From the human T2T-CHM13v2.0 reference genome, Homo sapiens: a stretch of 64,000 nt of DNA. Shown here one piece after another: positions 59,805-64,000 of this stretch. Under the pieces are notes generated by a model. It saw nothing but the letters and a program-made list of their open reading frames with translations, ran no database searches and was not told the origin of the DNA. Location of the stretch: the NCBI RefSeq assembly GCF_009914755.1, contig NC_060926.1; one strand, written 5' to 3'. The position numbers and the translations under genes were made by a program. Each line of letters begins with the position of its first letter. Within the stretch, counting starts at the first letter, position 1.

Positions 59805-59818
59805 CGGTCATGTGACCG
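59805..59818. promoter_or_regulatory. Near-palindromic E-box/M-box (CLEAR-like) CGGTCATGTGACCG
   Basis: GTCATGTGAC is one mismatch from the CLEAR consensus GTCACGTGAC and contains the TCATGTGA M-box bound by MiT/TFE and USF factors. It has 6-bp inverted arms. Confidence 0.55.
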
Positions 59819-61153
59819 CTCCCGCGCGGCCGTCACTACTGTACGCAGCCGGCCGCGCGAACGAGCGCGGGCGCGCCCCCGCCTCCCAAGCCCGGCCGCT
59901 GAGCTATCGAGCCGGCGGTCTGCGGTACCTCGCCACGCCCCCGCCCTTCCGGTCTCCGCCTCTCCGCAGGAGCATGCGCGCCAAGGAGGCCCCGGCAGTA
60001 GCTGTAGTCTGACGCCTGGCGCTCACACCTACAGCGAATATCTGCCTGCGGAAGCGGAACCTGTGCCATCCGGGAAAGCTTACTGAGCGGATCCCGCCTC
60101 TTGCGAGGCGCTGCACAGGCTGTGTAGACCTGGGGAGCTGAACTCTTCCCTCAGTGGGTGGCTCTGCCAACTATCACTTTAGATCAGCCCTGCGTTTGTG
60201 TTTTCTCATTTATTTGCATTTTTACAGAGGTTATCTTTTTGAAGATAGGCAACAATTCTCGTCTGCCTATTAACCCCATTCGATAGGCGAAGCAACTGAG
60301 ATTGAGTGACTTGCCAAGCTCATAAGTCTGGGATGTAGAGAAACCAAAAATCAAATTGCCAGCTCAGAGCCCTTTCCATCTCCCCAGAATGCCTCAAACT
60401 TAGGTGACTTTGTTTTTAAGGCCACCAGTAACTGCATCCATGCTTTTACATGTGAAGCTACTCATCAATGACAGAAATGGTGTCTTCTTTATTTCGGTGA
60501 GCTCAGTCCCTAGCATAGTGCCTGTACATATCAGGCGCCCAGTAAATATTTGCTGAATGATTCACCTATTTCTGTGGTCAGAGACCATTATTTGTAGTAT
60601 CCGTAACAGCTTTCTGAAAGATCCAGAATGTGGCATCTTCTCTTACATCATCTACACCTTGATACCTTGCAAAGTAAGAAGAATGTAGTAACAACTGCTG
60701 ATCTCCCAAATCCACCTGCTTCCAGAAGCTGCTTCCAAACAATCCAGTAAACTTACTATAGTGTGAAATAGGACTGAGGATTGGATTGCCTCTTGGGAGG
60801 AAAGACAGGTGAGAGCAATACTTAAAGTTTATGGATGCGTTTCAGAAATTCATGGACTCCCTAAAATTATGAACTATATTTTGTGTGTTATATGTGAATT
60901 TTTTAAGAGGATTCATAACTTTTCCTCCATTTTTCAAAAAGGATCTGTTGTGCAAAAAAAAAGAGAAAAAGATATTAAAGGGAGTTTGAGAGGCCATCTA
61001 GAAGTATCTAGATACTTCCTTATATTTCCGTTCAGTCATGGATCAAACAGCCCATTTCAGCAATTGATATGGATATATTTTCCCAAATGTCTTTGGTAAT
61101 TCATAGCCTTATGCATTACACAGGTAGTATGTACCACCTCCCTCCAAAGCTTA

Positions 61154-61515
<362 letters not shown>

Positions 61516-62871
61516 GGTCTTCTCCATCCCTGGCTGTTGAGCTGAGTACAGCTTATCATCCAGTCCTGTTGTTTGGTCCTGGAGCCCCAACTGGTTTTCA
61601 GACCTTACTAGGGTCCTTACTTTGCATTTCTGGAGCTCTATCCCCAGGTTTGAATTTCAAGGGTAGGGATTGTGATGTTGTGGTTCCTACTTCTTAATCT
61701 TCCACAGATACAGATAGTTTATTATTATTATAAAAGTATAATTCCCCAAAAAGTATTTTGTCCCCATGTCTATTGATTGAATTTGTTATGTGTATTTGCA
61801 TCTCTCTCATCATCCCCACCCTCCTTCTGGATTTCCTTAGATAGTCTGTTTCTTTTCTCACCCTACTCAAGCCCATCCTACAGGGAATGCCAAATCTATC
61901 TTCTTAAAACTCCACCCACTACCCTACTAAGATATCCTCCCTAAGATATCCTCTTGATTGAGTCACAGTTTCTTAGCTTTACAGATACAGTTTCTATAAT
62001 CAACTTAGTCATCCTTTGATGTATCTCTGGTTACTTCCATCAGCATTTGCCACTCCCCTGAAGACCCCACCTCTACTTTCGCCTCTTCATTTAACTAATG
62101 ACATTGCTTCATATATCATGTAAAAATTATTGGCCCCCCAGTTGCAGTCTCACCTTGTCTTCAACCCCTAAATTTACCCATAAGTCCGCGCATTCTAACT
62201 GCCTCCTCCTCCTTAGCATAGCCTAATCCCTCCTCTAATATACCGTATACAGGACACTATCCCTTCTCATCTGCCTTGGAATGTTACTCCACTTTTTTCA
62301 TTATTTTCTAGTTCTGATACCCCTCCCCCTCCTTCTACAAGCATATTCAAGACACTTCCAGCTTAAGGAAGTCTCTTTACCCTACCACCCTACCATATCA
62401 AATTATTTTTCCTCTCTTTCTTGCCCATAAATATCTTGAATGTGTAACCTACACTCACCATCTCTACTTTCACAACTTCCACCCACTCCTCTGCCCTACT
62501 AAGTGTAACAATGCTTTACATCTACAAATCAAGGTCTGACTCTTTTGTGGTAAAGTGAATGACCTGCTTTGACAAACTTTGGCTTAGTGTACTGCAGAAA
62601 GTGAAATCAAGGATTTTTAGACTACAGATATTCAGCCCCAACCCCTTCAAATGCTTTATCTTGGAATCCACATGAGATTTTTATTTTCACAATAAAATTA
62701 ACTTTTTTTTCATCTTTACCAAACTGCTCATTGTAAAAATTCTACAGATATTCGTTTTGTCTGTGGAAGCAGAGACTGAGCCTTGACTCCTTCTGCAAGT
62801 TATATATTGGAGTGCTCTCAGAAGAAACCTGTAACGGTGTGAGGGAAGCATCATAGAGAAGGGAAGAAGCT

Positions 62872-63170
62872 GGCCAGGCGCAGTGTCTCATGCCTGTAAT
62901 CTCAGCACTTTGGGAGGCCAAGGTGAGCAGATCACTTGAAGTCAGGAGTTCGAGACCAGCCTGGCCAACATGGTGAAACACGGTCTCTACCAAAAAATAC
63001 AAAAATTAGCCGGGCGTGGTGGCTCAAGGCAGTAGTCCCAGATACTTAGGAGGCTGAGGTGGGAGAATCACTGGAACCTGGGAGGTGGAGGTTGTGGTGA
63101 GCCGAGATCACGCCACCCCACTCTAGCCTGGGCAATAGAGTGAAACCCTGATTCAAAAAAAAAAAAAAAA
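62872..63170 (+). mobile_element. AluS with TSD agagaagggaagaagct
   Basis: Full dimer with the TSD at ~62855-62871 and ~63174-63190. Confidence 0.9.
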
Positions 63171-64000
63171 GAGAGAGAAGGGAAGAAGCTAAGGAAAACC
63201 TAGCCTCAGCCTCACAACTTGGTTGAGCATGAATGGCCCCTCGTTAAGTATGTCTCCTCTGTAGAACCAAACTTTTCACTCAGATAAGATATCATCAGGT
63301 CTAGACTTGGCAAAGTTGGGGACAGGAAGCGCTAGCAAGCCCATTTGGCCCTCACACAGAAGCTGTTTTATCTTCAACAGTTTTATTATGAATGTGATAT
63401 TTTTATCTCCATCTGCTTGTCTCCTGTAGATATCTTTCCATTTTTTCTGAAACTTGGGCAAGTTGACACCCTCAAACTCTAACATATAGCATAATTTTAA
63501 ATAGTTACATAGCATTCCATTGTTTGGATTATGTACAATAATTTTATCTAGTCTCCTATAGTTAACATTTCAGTGCTATTATAAATAATCCTTGTATACA
63601 AGGATTGCTACTCAGTTGTGGAAAGAGATCTAAGGAATATTAATTAAAGTGAAAAAGGCAATGTATAGAATCACATGTATAATAGGGTTCCTTCTGATGA
63701 AAAAAATGGGGGAGTAAGATAGCCTTTTTTTTTTTCTTTTTTTGGCTACAAGTATCCAAGCCCCCTTCCCATATTTGGAAATTTCCCACCCACTATAGAA
63801 ATTGAAAATACCTACCCTCCGTTTTGGGTAGGGCATAGGAACATGCCCTAGGCTCCACCAATCATTTATTTCTGCCCTAGACATTGAATCGGACACTAGT
63901 GATATTCAGGATCAGTGATGTCAGTGATACGAGTTGCAGAGTCTTCAAAAGGCCAGCTCTGCAGTGGTATTTTGGCCACTATTACCGTTAGTGGTAATTT

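Larger units (their letters stand above)
58900..60130. promoter_or_regulatory. ASXL2: CpG-island promoter, 5'UTR and exon 1 region of ASXL2
   Basis: Sharp rise in GC and CpG against the AT-rich flanks. Motifs include GC boxes (gccacgcccccgccc ~59932-59946), ETS cores (cttccgg ~59946; gcggaagcggaa ~60048), NRF1-like gcatgcgcg (~59972) and YY1-like aatATGGcagcggc (~59764-59777, minus). The exact TSS cannot be determined from sequence. Confidence 0.9.

Noticed and set aside
59496-60170. Long ORFs of 77-196 aa on both strands at the promoter
   Set aside because: Expected from stop-codon scarcity in a CpG island, with no recognisable domain.

Overview
Primate (most likely human) genomic DNA, very Alu-dense, containing the 5' end of ASXL2 on the minus strand. 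There is a CpG-island promoter at ~58.9-60.1 kb, then coding exon 1 (MREKGRRKKGRTWAEAAKT, 59492-59548), a 32.6-kb intron 1, exon 2 (83 nt, 26797-26879), a 9.9-kb intron 2 and a 3-nt microexon (AAG, 16854-16856). Intron 3 runs off the left edge. The introns hold a full-length disabled PTGES3 (p23) retrocopy antisense to the gene, an ENO3 (beta-enolase) retrocopy in sense orientation, about 70 Alu elements or fragments, and old L1, L2, MIR, MaLR and DNA-transposon remnants. Almost all ORFs in the supplied track are repeat-derived noise. No prokaryote-type system such as CRISPR or an operon is present. The most interesting signals are: (i) a possible post-transcriptional dosage-control layer on the ASXL2 5' end, made of uORFs, a microexon that doubles as an AG|GT zero-length-exon site with SRRM4- and RBFOX-type motifs, and several well-formed candidate poison exons; (ii) a multi-template DNA-repair scar inside an Alu; (iii) an ENO3 retrocopy that seems to join the mRNA 5' end directly to its 3' third. 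Repeat boundaries and subfamily calls are by eye and approximate.
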